Shown: positions 1 through 11,538 of the stretch, in pieces
Layout: each line of letters begins with the position of its first letter
Numbering within the stretch: position 1 is the stretch's first letter
Source: Squalus acanthias
Lineage: Eukaryota
Length of the DNA stretch: 64,000 nt
Direction of reading: 5' to 3'
NCBI GenBank assembly: GCA_030390025.1
Contig: CM059431.1
Coordinates: 138,200,001 to 138,264,000, forward strand
Notes under the pieces: model-generated
The model's database searches: none
What the model saw: only the letters and a program-made list of their open reading frames with translations
What the model was told of the DNA's origin: nothing
Made by a program: the position numbers and the translations under genes

Positions 1-282
1 ATTGATTCAGATACCAGCGATAAATCAACCTGTTGGTTCTATGAAGATCCTCAGGATGTTCAAGCAAATTATCCAGCTACAGTTAGTAGAATCACAGGAA
101 CTCACAGCACAGAAGGAGGCCACGTCGTGCCTGTGCTGGCTCTTTGTTTTTTAACAGCCTTCTCAACTGATTCTGCCAACTTCAAATAATTCTCTACATA
201 AACCCCGAGGTCCCTGTTCCTTCACCCCCGTTAAAATTGTACAGTTTAGTTTGTATTGCCTCTCCTCATTCTTTCTTCCAAA

Positions 283-3200
283 CATAGTCATAGAGAAATA
301 CAGCACAGAAAGAGGCCCTTCGGCCCATCGTGTCCGCAAAGGCCATCAAGCCCTGTCTATTCTAATCCCATTTTCCAGCACTTGGTCCGTTGCCTTGTCT
401 GCTATGGCATTTCAAGTGCTCATCTAAATGCTTCTTGAATGTTGTGAGGGTTCCTGCCTCTACCACACTTTCATGCAGTGAGTTCCAGATTCCAACCACC
501 CTATGGGTGAAAAAGTTTTTCCTCGAATCCCCTCTAAACCTCCTGCCCCTTACCTTGAAACTATGCCCCCTGGTTATTGAGCCCTCTACTAAGAGGAAAA
601 GTTCCTTTCTATCTACCCTAGCTATGCCCCACATAATTTTGTGCACCTCAATCAGGTCCCTCCTCAGACTTCTCTGCTCTAAGGAAAGCAACCCCAGCCT
701 GTCCAGTCTCTCTTCATAGCTGAAACGCTCCAGCCCAGTAACATCCTGGTGAATCTCCTCTGCACCCTCTCTAATGCAATCAAATCCTTCCTATAGCCTG
801 GCGACCAGAACTGCACACAGTATTCCAGCTGTGGCCTAACTAGCGTTTTGTACAGCTCCATCATAACCTCCCTGCTTTTATATGCTATGCCTCGGCTAAT
901 GAAGGCATATGCCTTCTTAACCACCTTATCTACCTGTCCTGCTGCCTTCAGGGATCTATGTACATGCACACCAAGGTCCCTCTGATCCTCTGTCCTTCCT
1001 AGGGTCCTACCATTCATTGTGTATTCCCTTGACTTGTTAGTCCTCCCAAAATGCATCACCTCACAATTTTCAGGGTTAAATTCCATTTGCCACTGTTCTG
1101 CCCATCTGACCAACCCGTCTATATCGTCCTGTAGCCTAAGTCTTCCCTCCTCGTTATTTACCACTCCACCAATTTTCATGTCATCTGCGAACTTACATTC
1201 ATATCTAAATCATTAATGTACACACAAACAGCAAGGGACCCAGCAACGATCCCTGCGTTACACCACTGGACACAGGCTGCCAGTCACTAAAAACAACCTT
1301 CGACCATCCCCCTCTGCCTCCTGCCACTGAACCAATTTTGGATCCAATGTGCCAAATTGCCCTGGATCCCATGGGCTCTTACCTTCTTGAACAGTCTCCC
1401 ATACCGGACCTTGTCAAAAGCCTTTCTGAAGTCCATGTAGACTACATCAACTGCACTACCCTCATCCACATACCTAGTTACCCTCTGTCAAAATTCAATC
1501 AAATTGGTTAGACATGATCTCCCCCTGACAAAGCCATGCTGACTATTCTTGATTAATCCTTGCCTCTCCAAGTGGAGACTAATTCTGTCCCTCAGAATTT
1601 TTCCAATAATTTCCCTAACACTGATGTTAGGCTCACTGGCCTGTAATTCCCTGGTTTATCCCTACTATCCTTCTTGAATAATGGTACTACGTTAACTGTC
1701 CTCCAGTCCTCTGGCACCACCCCTGAGTCCAGAGAGGATCTGAAAATTTGTGTCCGAGCCCTTGCAATCTCCTCCCTTGCCTCACACAGCAGCCTGGGAT
1801 ACATCTCGTCTGGGCCTGGGGATTTATCCACTTTTATGCCCGCTAATACCTCCTCCCCCTCGATGCTAATTTGTTCAAGTGTATCACAAACCCCTGCCTG
1901 TTTTCTATGCTTACATCGTCCTTCTCCATAGTGAACACAGATGCAAAATATTAATTTAAACCTCACCTACATCTTCCGGCTCTACACATGCATTGCCACT
2001 TTGGTCCCTAATGGGCCCTACTCATTCCCTGGTTATCCTCTTGCCCTTAATATACTTATAAAACACCTTGGGATTTTCCTTTATATTGCCCGCCAGTGTT
2101 TTTTCATGCCCTCTCTTTGCTCTCCTAATTTCTTTAAGTACCCCCCTGCACTTTCTATACTCTTCTTGGGCTTCCACTGTTTTTAGTCATTTGTATCTGC
2201 CAAAAGCCTCCCATTTTTTCCTAATCCATTCTTGTATCTCCCTTGACATGCAGGGTTCCTTGGGCTTGTTAGTCCCACCCTTAGAACATAAGAACATAAG
2301 AACATAAGAAATAGGAGCAGGAGTAGGCCAATCGGCCCCTCGAGCCTGCTCCGCCATTCAATAAGATCATGGCTGATCTGATCCTAACCACCAATCTACT
2401 ATCTATCACAGAACCATCTCCTGCATCTAACAGAATTGCACACACGAAATAGGAGCAGAATCAGGCTACACAGTCCCTGGGCCCGCTCCACTACCCACAG
2501 GGCCATGACCGATCCGAACCTAGACTCATGTCCAAATTCCTGCCCGCTCCCCGTAACCCTTAATGCCCTTTACTTCTAGGAAACTGTCTATTTCTGTTTT
2601 AAATTTAATTAATGTTGTAGCTTCTACAGCTTTTTGTGGCAGCATATTCCATGGACCTACCACCCTCTGAGTGAAGTAGTTCCTCCTCATCTCAGTTTTG
2701 AAAGAGCAGCCCCTTATTCTAAGACTATGTCCCCTAGTTCTCGTCTCACCCGTCATCGGGAACATCCTCCCCGCATCCACCCGATCCAACCCCTTCACAA
2801 TCTTATATGTTTCAATAAGATCGCCTCTCATTCTTCTGAACTCCAATGAGTAGAGTCCCAATCTACCCAACCTCTCCTCATATGACCACCCCCTCATCCC
2901 CGGGATTAACCGAGTGAACCTTTTTTGCACTGCCTCGAGAGCAAGGATGTCTTTCCTTAAGTAAGGACACCAAAACTGTATGCAGTATTCCAGGTGCGGT
3001 CTCACCAATACCTTGTACAACTGAAGCAATACCTCCCTATTTTTATATTCTATCCCCCTAGCAATGAAAGCCAACATTCCATTTGCCTTCTTAATCACTT
3101 GCTGCACCTGCATACTAACCTTTTGAGTTTCGTGCACCAGGACCCCCAGATCCCTTTGCACTTTACGGTAACATGTTGGTGCTGTACTCTCTCTATTTCC

Positions 3201-3590
3201 TTTCTGAAAGACTCCCACTGCTCTGATGTGGATTTTCCTGCCATTAGCTGATCCCAGTCCACTTTGGCCAGATCCTACCTTATCATATTAAAACTGCCTT
3301 CCTCCAATTTAGAACCTTTATTTCCGGTCCATCTTTGTCCTTTTCCATGACTGCCTTAAATCTCACCGAATATTGGTCACTGTCACCAAAATTCTCTCCT
3401 ACTGACACATCTACCACTTGCCCGGCTACATTCCCTACAATTAGGCCCAGTACCGCCCCCTCTCTTATAGGACTTTCTACATGCTGGCTCAAAAAGCTCT
3501 CCTGGTTGCACTTTAAGAATTCTGCACCCTCTAAGCCTTTCACACTCTGACTATCCCAGTTAATATTGGGGAAGTTGAAATCCCCTCTCA
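283..3590 (-). mobile_element. CR1-clade LINE, 5'-truncated and degenerate ORF2 (end of endonuclease plus RT), interrupted by a younger CR1 at 2283-3160
   Basis: Minus-strand ORF fragments carry CR1 ORF2 motifs (GDFNFPNINW, KSPGPD, NYRPVSLTS, DVVYMDFRKAFDKV, LVRPQLEYCVQFWSP). The 3' tail is near 283. It is the same subfamily as 27212-31710. Confidence 0.92.
2283..3160 (-). mobile_element. Nested CR1 3' fragment with (TAAGAACA)n tail as read on +
   Basis: ORF 2526-3218 (QRDLGVLVH...LVRPHLEYCIQFW...). The host CR1 stops at gtcccaccctt (2282) and resumes near 3161, as judged against the uninterrupted copy near 29480. Confidence 0.88.
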
Positions 3591-3615
3591 TTATTATTAT
3601 TATTATTATTATTAT
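3590..3615. repeat. (ATT)n microsatellite
   Basis: About 8-9 ATT units read directly. Confidence 0.9.
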
Positions 3616-3619
3616 ATCA

Positions 3620-5640
3620 ATTCACACTTCTCTGCCATGTGTCTGCCCATTTCCCCAGTCTGTCTATGACCTCCTGAAGTCTGCTATTATCTTCTCACTA
3701 TTTACTACCTTTCTGAGTTTCACGCAATATGCAATTCTTTTAAATTATGCTCTGTATACCCAAGTGCAGGTCATTAATATATATCGACAAGAGCAGTCGT
3801 CCTAATACTGAGCCTTGTGAGACAACACTGTACTCTTTCCCCCAGTCTTAAAAGCAGCTGTTCACAACTGCTCTGTTTCCTTTCCCTTAGACAATGTCCT
3901 ATCAACGCTGCCATGGGCTTCTAATTTGCTAACATGTCAATTACGTGGTTCTTGGTCAAACGCCTTTTAAAAGTCCATATGCCCAACATCAACTGCACTA
4001 CCCTTGTCAACCGTCAATTTGTAGGGAGTGGTGTGTGGGGTCAGTCTTCACCTCTGACTCAGTGGGCGGTTCGAATCGCTACCACACCCCTGGTTCGAGA
4101 CGTTGGACTTATTTAGGGGTTGTGAACAAAGATGCAGTAGACAACAAGTTCTGCTGAAAGAATTTTGACTTTATTAAAAGAAAAAGGTAAAAAACTTAAA
4201 CTCACTTAACACTTAAACACAGGTTGGGGAACACACGGTACGGGCGAGGGAGAATTACAACATACAAAAAAACCTTATCCCTCCCAAAAATCCCACTAGC
4301 TAGCTAGGTTTTGGTTGCAGGAGATCAGGGATAATGCTCACCAAACGAATCCTTGACAGTTGAGAGTTAGGGTTAGAGTTTTTTGAGTAAAAGGTTTTGT
4401 AAGGCCCTTGTTGCCGTGAGGTGTCCGATGGTCACTGAGGCAGTCGCTCTGGTTTCTTCTTGCGTGTTGGTCTGCTTGTGAAGTTATTGGCCATCTTGCC
4501 TCCTCCTGCTCGTGGTTTGTGGTGTCTTGCTGGAACAGAGCTGAGAGAGAGAGAGCAGTGCGAGCGTTGTCAGAGTCCAGAGAGACTATCTTGGGGGATA
4601 AGCCCCTAATTATACTGTTCAGGCCCTTTGTCCTTTTTCGCGCCCAAAACCCCTTACTAAATCGGTTTCCTTTAGATTTCAATTGAGCTCTGTCTACTCC
4701 ATTGTCCTAGTTTTGGCGGGCTTGTCAGTTTCGATGGCTTTAATTTGGTGTTAAACATGTCCTGATGGCTTCCGATGTTTCCTATTTAGGCCGGGCCCTT
4801 ATCTGCACGCCAAATCTTGGCCCTATTGTCCTAGGTTTTTAGCGGCCTTGTAAATCTGTCCCTGTGGATACCTGGTTGATTGTTTTTTGATGAAGTATTC
4901 GGGGTACTAAATGTTTTATTGATTTCAGGCTTCTGGTATCCTGTTTGGGCATGGGAATTTCAAAAGAGGTCTTGGATTATTCATATTTCGAAGTGTGTGT
5001 GATGTTTTGTGTGTGTCTCTTCCTCCTTGGAAGGATTGCAGTGTAAACAATTCCCAGACAGCTTGATTGGGCCCCATACCCATAGCTGTCCACTGCCTGG
5101 CCATGCACCTCCGCAGCCTGTCTTTTGTCTGTGAAAGGTGTCTTTCCCAACAGTAAGATTCAAAAGTCATTTTCCTCAGGGTTTTTCTTCCCTGATCTTT
5201 AAAATGTCCAAAACTGAGGTTTTTACATCAAATCACTTCACTTAGGTCCCATCATCCCAAGTTTGTATGAAAGGTCCAAAAATCACTCCCTTTAGGCATC
5301 TGTTCGAGTTTCTGGGGTTTTGCGAAGCCTACAAATTCATTAAACAACTCAATCAATTTAAGCATCCATGATATGCCTTTTAATAATTCCATGCTGGCTG
5401 CAATTTATTAACCCATGTTTTTTCCAAGGGAATATTTTGTCCTGGATTATTGTATCTAAAAGTTTCTCCACTATGTGTAACATTTGCAACTCTCCACTCC
5501 GCTGGCACCACTCAAGTCCACGGAGTATTGGAAAAATTTGGCTCGAGCCATTTCAGATTAACTGCAGTTCCTGAGAAGTAGTACATTTTTTGTCTGTGAA
5601 TATTAATATCTGGTTCCGCTAAAATTCTGCTGACCAGCAT
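3620..5640 (-). mobile_element. Old degenerate CR1 RT fragment, split by the solo LTR
   Basis: CR1-like sequence (aaagtccatatgcccaacatcaactgcactaccc ... caactcaatcaa) reads continuously once 4020-5333 is removed. Confidence 0.7.
4020..5333 (-). mobile_element. Solo LTR (Gypsy- or ERV-like), 1314 bp
   Basis: TGTAGG...CCTACA inverted termini and a 4-bp AATT TSD (4016-4019 and 5334-5337). Minus-strand AATAAA near 4170-4175 and a TATA-like cagtataatt near 4607-4616. Confidence 0.8.
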
Positions 5641-6243
5641 CATTCATCTGGAGGGACGAACATCTATCAACCATTTCAAACAAACTAGCGAAGTTAGTGT
5701 CAAAAGGATAAACTGGCAACGAATATTCACTTAAAGTAAGTTAAATACCCTGATCCTGCTGTTGAAAAGAATCAGCAGCCTTGAATTCAATAAACTGGCC
5801 CAATATGGGGTGACATTGATAATCAGTATTGTGAAATGGGCTCATAGCGAATCAGCGCCCATTTTACATCGCGCCCGATTTTCCCTCCTGTTGCAGAGTT
5901 AGTGTCTGGCTGAACTCAGCAGCAACAAGCAAAGTATCTGTGTTCAAATTGCTGAGGATGGTCGGTGATTCGACACATTGCTCTGAATTTAGTGATAGAT
6001 ATTTGAAATAAAGCCGCGCACAGTTGTGCCAGAGACAGGTGTGGGTGGGGAAGTATTGAGAGTGCACGGAACCGAAAGCAGGCTCTGTTCCCGGTGGGAA
6101 ACGAACAAGCCTTGTTTTCCTCCTCCTGCTCCACCCAGGCAGTCCTCTTGCCCAAGTGCTGTAAGAGGACAATCTGCCCCAGTTCATTTTCACTGCAGGC
6201 CCGTCACTCCGCTCATCAATATATTCATTATTATTCTTTACAG

Positions 6244-6415
6244 AAAGTCACTGAGCTCACGGAGCAGGGAAACCGGGCGGACAGTTCCAAACTTCTCCTA
6301 AATCTGGTGATGGAGAAAGGCTCTGGGGCCCGAAGGACAATGTGGAAATCCTTTGTGAAAATGCGCCATGGGGTACCAAAGCTGGACAAAATACTGAAAG
6401 AAATACAGGAACTTG
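6244..6415 (+). CDS. NLR gene, N-terminal death-fold (CARD-like) exon; upstream exon(s) not identified in the window
   Basis: ttacag|KVTELTEQGNRADSSKLLLNLVMEKGSGARRTMWKSFVKMRHGVPKLDKILKEIQEL-G|gtacag. 172 nt with a phase-1 end that joins the next exon in frame. Resembles N-termini of shark NLRP3/NLRC3-like proteins (from memory). Confidence 0.78.
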
Positions 6416-6519
6416 GTACAGTAAAATCACACACTGAATTCAGTTTCACATCTAAAATTACATATTTTACTGAAGTAGTGCACAGATTTGATTTCATGAA
6501 AACTAATTTATTTGAACAG

Positions 6520-6585
6520 GTTTCTTTCGATTTAATGACATGAAAGCCACAGAATGTTTATCCGAAGTTCCCAGTCAGCTGAAAG
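6520..6585 (+). CDS. NLR gene, 66-nt linker exon
   Basis: gaacag|(G)FFRFNDMKATECLSEVPSQLK(D)|gtaggt. Phase 1-1, and joins the 6244 exon to the NACHT exon in frame. Confidence 0.72.
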
Positions 6586-6811
6586 GTAGGTGATGGGGTG
6601 AAGATATCAAACAGATTATTTCGGTCTGATTATCAGAGGCTTTAACTTTGATCATTGGTTAAGAGATTTCTAGAATCTGGGGGTGAAAAGTTCAAGAGCT
6701 GAGCAAACAGAATTAAACTTCATTTTCACTTGTCACTGATTCTGAAATGTGTCCTTGAAATGTGTGGGATGAAGTTACCATTAACACCAGGTTTGGGATT
6801 ATCTTTAAATA

Positions 6812-9080
6812 TTCATTGCAAACTGCCGGCGTGACGTCGGCCGTCTCAATTTTCTCTGCTCCCCTCGCTCACTCCAACCTACCTCCCTCTGAACTTGCAG
6901 CACTCCATTCTCTCAGATCCAACTCCAGCATTGTCATTAAACCTGCTGAGAAGTGTGGTGCAGTTGTTGTTTGGTGAACCGATCTCTACCTAGAGGAGGC
7001 TGAACGCTAACTCTCCGAAACCACCTCCTACCTCCACCTGGACCATGACCCCACTACCGAACATGAAGCCACCGTTTCCAAGACTGTCACTGACATCTGC
7101 TCTGGAGATCTTCCCTCCACGACCTCCAACCTCATAGTTTCCCAACCCTGCACAGCCCGCTTCTATCTCCTCCCCAAATCCACAAACAGGACTGCCCTGG
7201 TAGAACCATCGTTTCAGCCCAATTTTGCCCCACGGAACTTATCTCTTCCTATCTCGACTCTTTTTTCTCCCCTTGTCCAGTCTCTTCACACCTACATCCG
7301 CGACACTTCCAACGCCCTCCACCACTTTAACAGTTTCCAGTTTCCTGGCTGCAACCTTCTCCTTTTCACTATGGGCGTCCAATCCCTCTACACCTCCATC
7401 ACCCACCAGGATGGCCTGAGGGCGCTCCGCTTCTTCCTTGAACAGAGGCCCAACCAGTCCCCATCCACCACCACCCTCCTCCGCCTGGCTGAACTTGTAC
7501 TCACATTGAAGAACTTCTCCTTTGACTCCACTAACTTCCTCCAAATTAATGGTGTTGCTATGGGAACCCGCATGGGTCCTAGGTATGCCTGCCTTTTTGT
7601 GGGATATGTGGAACATTCTTTGTTCCAGTCCTACTCGGGTCCCCTCCCTCACCTCTTTTTTCCGGTACATTGATGACTGTATCGGTGCCGCTTCCTGCTC
7701 TCGCCCTGAACTAGATCATTTCATTCACTTTGCTTCCAATTTCCACCAACCCATTACCTTCACATGGTCCATCTCCGACTCTTCCCTTCCCTTCCTCGAC
7801 TGCTCTACTGCATCTCTGGGGATAGGCTCTTGACAAACATTCACTATAAGCCCACTGACTCCCACAGCTACCTGGACTGCACTTCCTGCCAACCCGCTTC
7901 CTGTAACGACTCTATTCCATTCTCCCAGTTTCTCTGTCTCCACTGCATCTGCTCTGACGATGCCACCTTCCATACTAATGTTTCTGACATGTCTTCCTTT
8001 TTCCTAACTGAGGATTCCCATCTACCATGGTTGACACGGCTCTTGACCGTGTCCATTCTATTTCCCGCACCTCTACTCTCACCCCTACCTCTCCCTCCCG
8101 GAACTACAATATAGTTTCCTTTGTCCTCACCTTTCACCCCACCAGCCTCCACATTCAACGGATCATTTTCTGCCACCTCCAGCGTAATCCCAGAACCAAA
8201 CACATCTCCCCCTCACCTCCCCTTTCAGCATTCCGAATGGACTGCTCCCTCCGCGACACCCTGGTCCACTCCTCTATCACCCCCAACATACCTTGCGCTT
8301 CCCACGGCACCTTCCCATGCAAGCGCAGGAGATGCAACGCCTGACCTTTTACCTCCACCCTTCCCACTGTCCAGGGCCCCAAACACTCCTTCCAGTTGAA
8401 ACTTTTACTTCTTGCAATTTAGTATCCTGTATTCGCTCCTCACGATGCGGTCTCCTCCTCATTGGGGAGAACAAACGCAGATTGGGTGACTGCTTTGCAG
8501 AACACGCCCTTTCAGTCCATAATGTTGACTCTGAGCTTCCGGTCGCCTATCACTTTAATTCTCCGCTCCAGTCCCACTCTGACCTCTTTGTCCTCGGCCT
8601 CTTACACTGTTGCTATGAAGCTCAACGTAAGCTCGAGGAACAGCACCTCATCTGTCAATTAGGCACTTTACAGCCTTCTGGACTCAACATCGAGTTCAGC
8701 AATTTCACACCGTAACCTCTGTCCATATCATGTTTTTCTCTCTCACATGGCAGCTGTTGATGATTCTGCCATTGCCATTTACACTTCATCTGGAGTCATC
8801 TTTTGTTTCTTAACTTGTCCCAATATCATCTCTTTTTGCCTTGCACCATCATCCCTTTTGTCTCTTAATCTCTCCTGCCTTCCATCCTATCACAGACCTT
8901 TCCTTTTGTCCTTTCATCCCCTCCCCCCACTCCCTGCCTCTACACTTGCTTAAAAACCTGCTACTTCTCCAACTTTTTCCAGTTCTGACGAAGGGTCATC
9001 GACCTGAAACGTTAACTCTGATTCTCTCTCCAGATTCTGTCCGACCAGCTGAGTATTTCCAGCATTTTCTGTGTTTATTT
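6812..9080 (+). mobile_element. Penelope-like retroelement (RT plus GIY-YIG endonuclease), 5'-truncated and frameshifted
   Basis: Fragments VIKPAEKCGAVVVW, VQSLYTSI, GVAMGTRMGPRYACLF, FFRYIDD and NLVSCIRSSRCGLLLIGENKRRL. A hammerhead motif lies in the 3' terminal repeat. Confidence 0.9.
8981..9017 (+). ncRNA. Minimal type I hammerhead ribozyme motif (Penelope pLTR)
   Basis: AGTT-CTGACGA-AG-GGTC-ATC-GACC-T-GAAAC-GTT-AACT: catalytic cores, stem I AGTT/AACT, stem II GGTC/GACC and a palindromic minimal stem III. Confidence 0.75.
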
Positions 9081-9298
9081 TAAATTTTCAGATGTTGTCA
9101 TTACTCCAGTGGTTTATCCAACTGGTCATGTGACTGGCCTTTGCTGCCAGTGGACGTCACTGGCAGGGATAAAACATCAAACTCCCAGTGGTCAGTCTGT
9201 CTAATACACCGATTAATCAGCAGAGAAAATGTATTTATTGCGGCTTCCCTGGATGACTCAAACGGATGATGTACCAGTGAGTGCAGTGTTTAGCCACA

Positions 9299-11520
9299 GG
9301 CCTAGATATTCGGTCGCGCACTGCCGTTTATTCGGCCGCTTATCGATCTCCTGCAGCCAATATTGTGGGCAGGAAGCGCACTCGCATTTCCAGCCTGAAT
9401 TGTGGATCGGACATTGCTATGCTGTCGGGAGTTTACGCCAGTATAATTTAAGAGTGAATATATTATGTAAATGAGGGTCCAGTGCTTCCTGCTGGACCCT
9501 TTCCCGCTTTGGGTATGCTACACCATCTCACACCACGTGCTGAATCCGCCCAGCAACACCTGGCGCAAACCGGCAGGAAGGACCCATCACCAGCGCTATT
9601 GAAAGGAATCATGGGGAATTTACAGTTTGGTAATTGCCTTGACGGTTCAGGCAGCTGCTTAACTTCTGGGCGTTTCTTGCTGTGTTTTATCATTCTGGAA
9701 ATGTTGCTTTGTCTAAAAATAGCAACATGCTGCTGATCTTGCACTGATGTTGACTCACTCATAGATAGTTTGACTGCAGTCATGAGTGGTGTCATAAGAC
9801 TGCCTTTGGGACTGAAGGAGAGGGAGCAGCGGGAAATAGAGCAGAGAACAGCGAGGAATAGAGCAGAGAACAGCGAGGAATAGAGCCGAGAGAGGCGAGG
9901 AATGTAGCCGAGAGCGGCGAGGAATAGAGCCGAGAACGGCGAGGAATAGAGCCGAGAGCCGAGAACGGCGAGGAATAGAGCCGAGAACGGCGAGGAATAG
10001 AGCCGAGAACAGCGGGGAATAGAGCAGAGAACGGCGAGTGATAGAGCAGAGAACAGCGAGGGAATAGAGCAGAGAACAGCGGGGGAATAGAGCAGAGAAC
10101 AGCGAGGGAATAGAGCAGAGAACAGCGGGGAATAGAGCAGAGAACAGCGGGGAATAGAGCAGAGAACAGCGAGGAATACAGCTGACACAGGAGGGATCCG
10201 GAGAGGCACTCCGCAGAAGGCCATGCCCACAGCGAGTATTCGGGGGCCATTTCCCCGACATTAAAGGTAACCTGGATATGTACAGGAGGGAAAAGGAACA
10301 GATAGATATGCTGATAGTGTGAGATGGTCCGGTGGAATGAGGCTCGTGCGGAGCAGATACACCAGCACAGACCTTTTCGACTGAATTGTTTGTTTCAGTG
10401 CTATAAATTCAATGGTAATTCTATGTAACGGCACTGAGGCGCCTTCACTTCACCAAGGGGGCAGTCATCGAGCTATGTCACCTGCTGCAGACACAAGTCC
10501 AGCAAGGGCATCGCTGCCTGTGGCCATCAAAGTCACCGTGGCCCTTAACTTCAAAGCCATGAGCACCTTTCAGGCTGCAGCAGGTCACACCAGTGATCTA
10601 TCAGAGTTAGCAGTCCACTGCTGTATCAGGGAGGTCACTGAGGCTCTCTGTACCAGGATGAACACCTATATGTTCTTCCACAAGGAGAGAGCGAAGTAGG
10701 ATGAGAGCACTAGGCTGCGTCCACATGACAGGCTTTCTCAGGGTGCAAGGTACCATAGAAAGCCGCTACCTCGCCTTGAGTGCTCCCCATCACCAACCTG
10801 GCATGTTGATCAATCGTAAGGGAGTCCACTCCCTCAACGCATAGTTGGTTAGTGACCACAGGCAGCACGTCATACGGACCTGTTCCCATTATCCTGGGAG
10901 CAGTCATGACTCTTTCATCCTGTGCCAGTCCTCTGTGAAACCTTAATTCAAGCCAGGTCCTCAAGTTTCAGGCTGGTGCTTGTCGACAAGGACTAGTCCC
11001 TCTAGACAGGGCTCACTACTGTCAGGGACCCAAGCACAGCTGCAGCTCTGGCCTATCATGAGAGCCATGCCATTGTGAGAAACCTCACAGACCAAACAAT
11101 CGAGCACTACCACTTCCCTAAGCTAGTGTTCAGATTTGTGGTCGTCTGCTGCATTTTGCGAATCATTGCCATCGTGAGGAGCAACGAGAAGTACTCAAGA
11201 AACAAGTGGAGCAGGAAGAGCGGAAGGAGGAGGAGAGGCATCGATCACAGTGCCCCGAGCTGAGTCAGCTCTCAGATCAGTTCATCGAAGAGCGCTTCCT
11301 CGAAATCATCACTCCCATTCCCAATACCCCAAATGTCCCACAATCCTTACCACCGTGCTTACTACCACCATCCTGTGGCCTTCCTTCAGTCCAGCCAATG
11401 GGTCCGGCCCACACTCCAATATAAATATCAACACCAACATGAAATTTACAACAATAAACACTTTCATCAAACAATGCAAGTGCATCTCAATGTTATAGTT
11501 AACAGAAATCATTAAGAATC
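9299..11520 (+). mobile_element. PIF/Harbinger-type DNA transposon relic with decayed HARBI1-like DDE transposase (~10490-11290)
   Basis: Left terminus GGCCTAGATATTC. Translated remnants SLPVAIKVTVALNF...FQAAAG...AVHCCIREVTEAL, INRKGVHSLNA and YPGSSHDSFIL contain stops and frameshifts. A short CR1 tail is inserted at ~10260-10425. Confidence 0.78.
9828..10180. repeat. 22-bp purine-rich minisatellite (GCGAGGAATAGAGCAGAGAACA), ~15 copies
   Basis: Direct reading. It explains the repetitive ORFs at 9463-10261. Confidence 0.92.
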
Positions 11521-11538
11521 CATCTTGTGCCAGGTCTT

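Noticed and set aside
6068..6106. ISRE-like words (ggaaccgaaag, gggaaacgaac)
   Set aside because: They are imperfect matches with no evidence of a nearby transcription start.
6094..6243. GTG-started N-terminus of the 149-aa ORF as the NLR start
   Set aside because: The start is non-ATG and an acceptor lies at 6243, so it is probably intronic.
9143..9166. Short hairpin TGCCAGTG-gacgt-CACTGGCA
   Set aside because: An 8-bp stem is expected by chance, and intrinsic terminators are not relevant here.
9463..10261. Long minus-strand ORFs (up to 255 aa)
   Set aside because: They are artefacts of the 22-bp minisatellite, with no domain or splice support.
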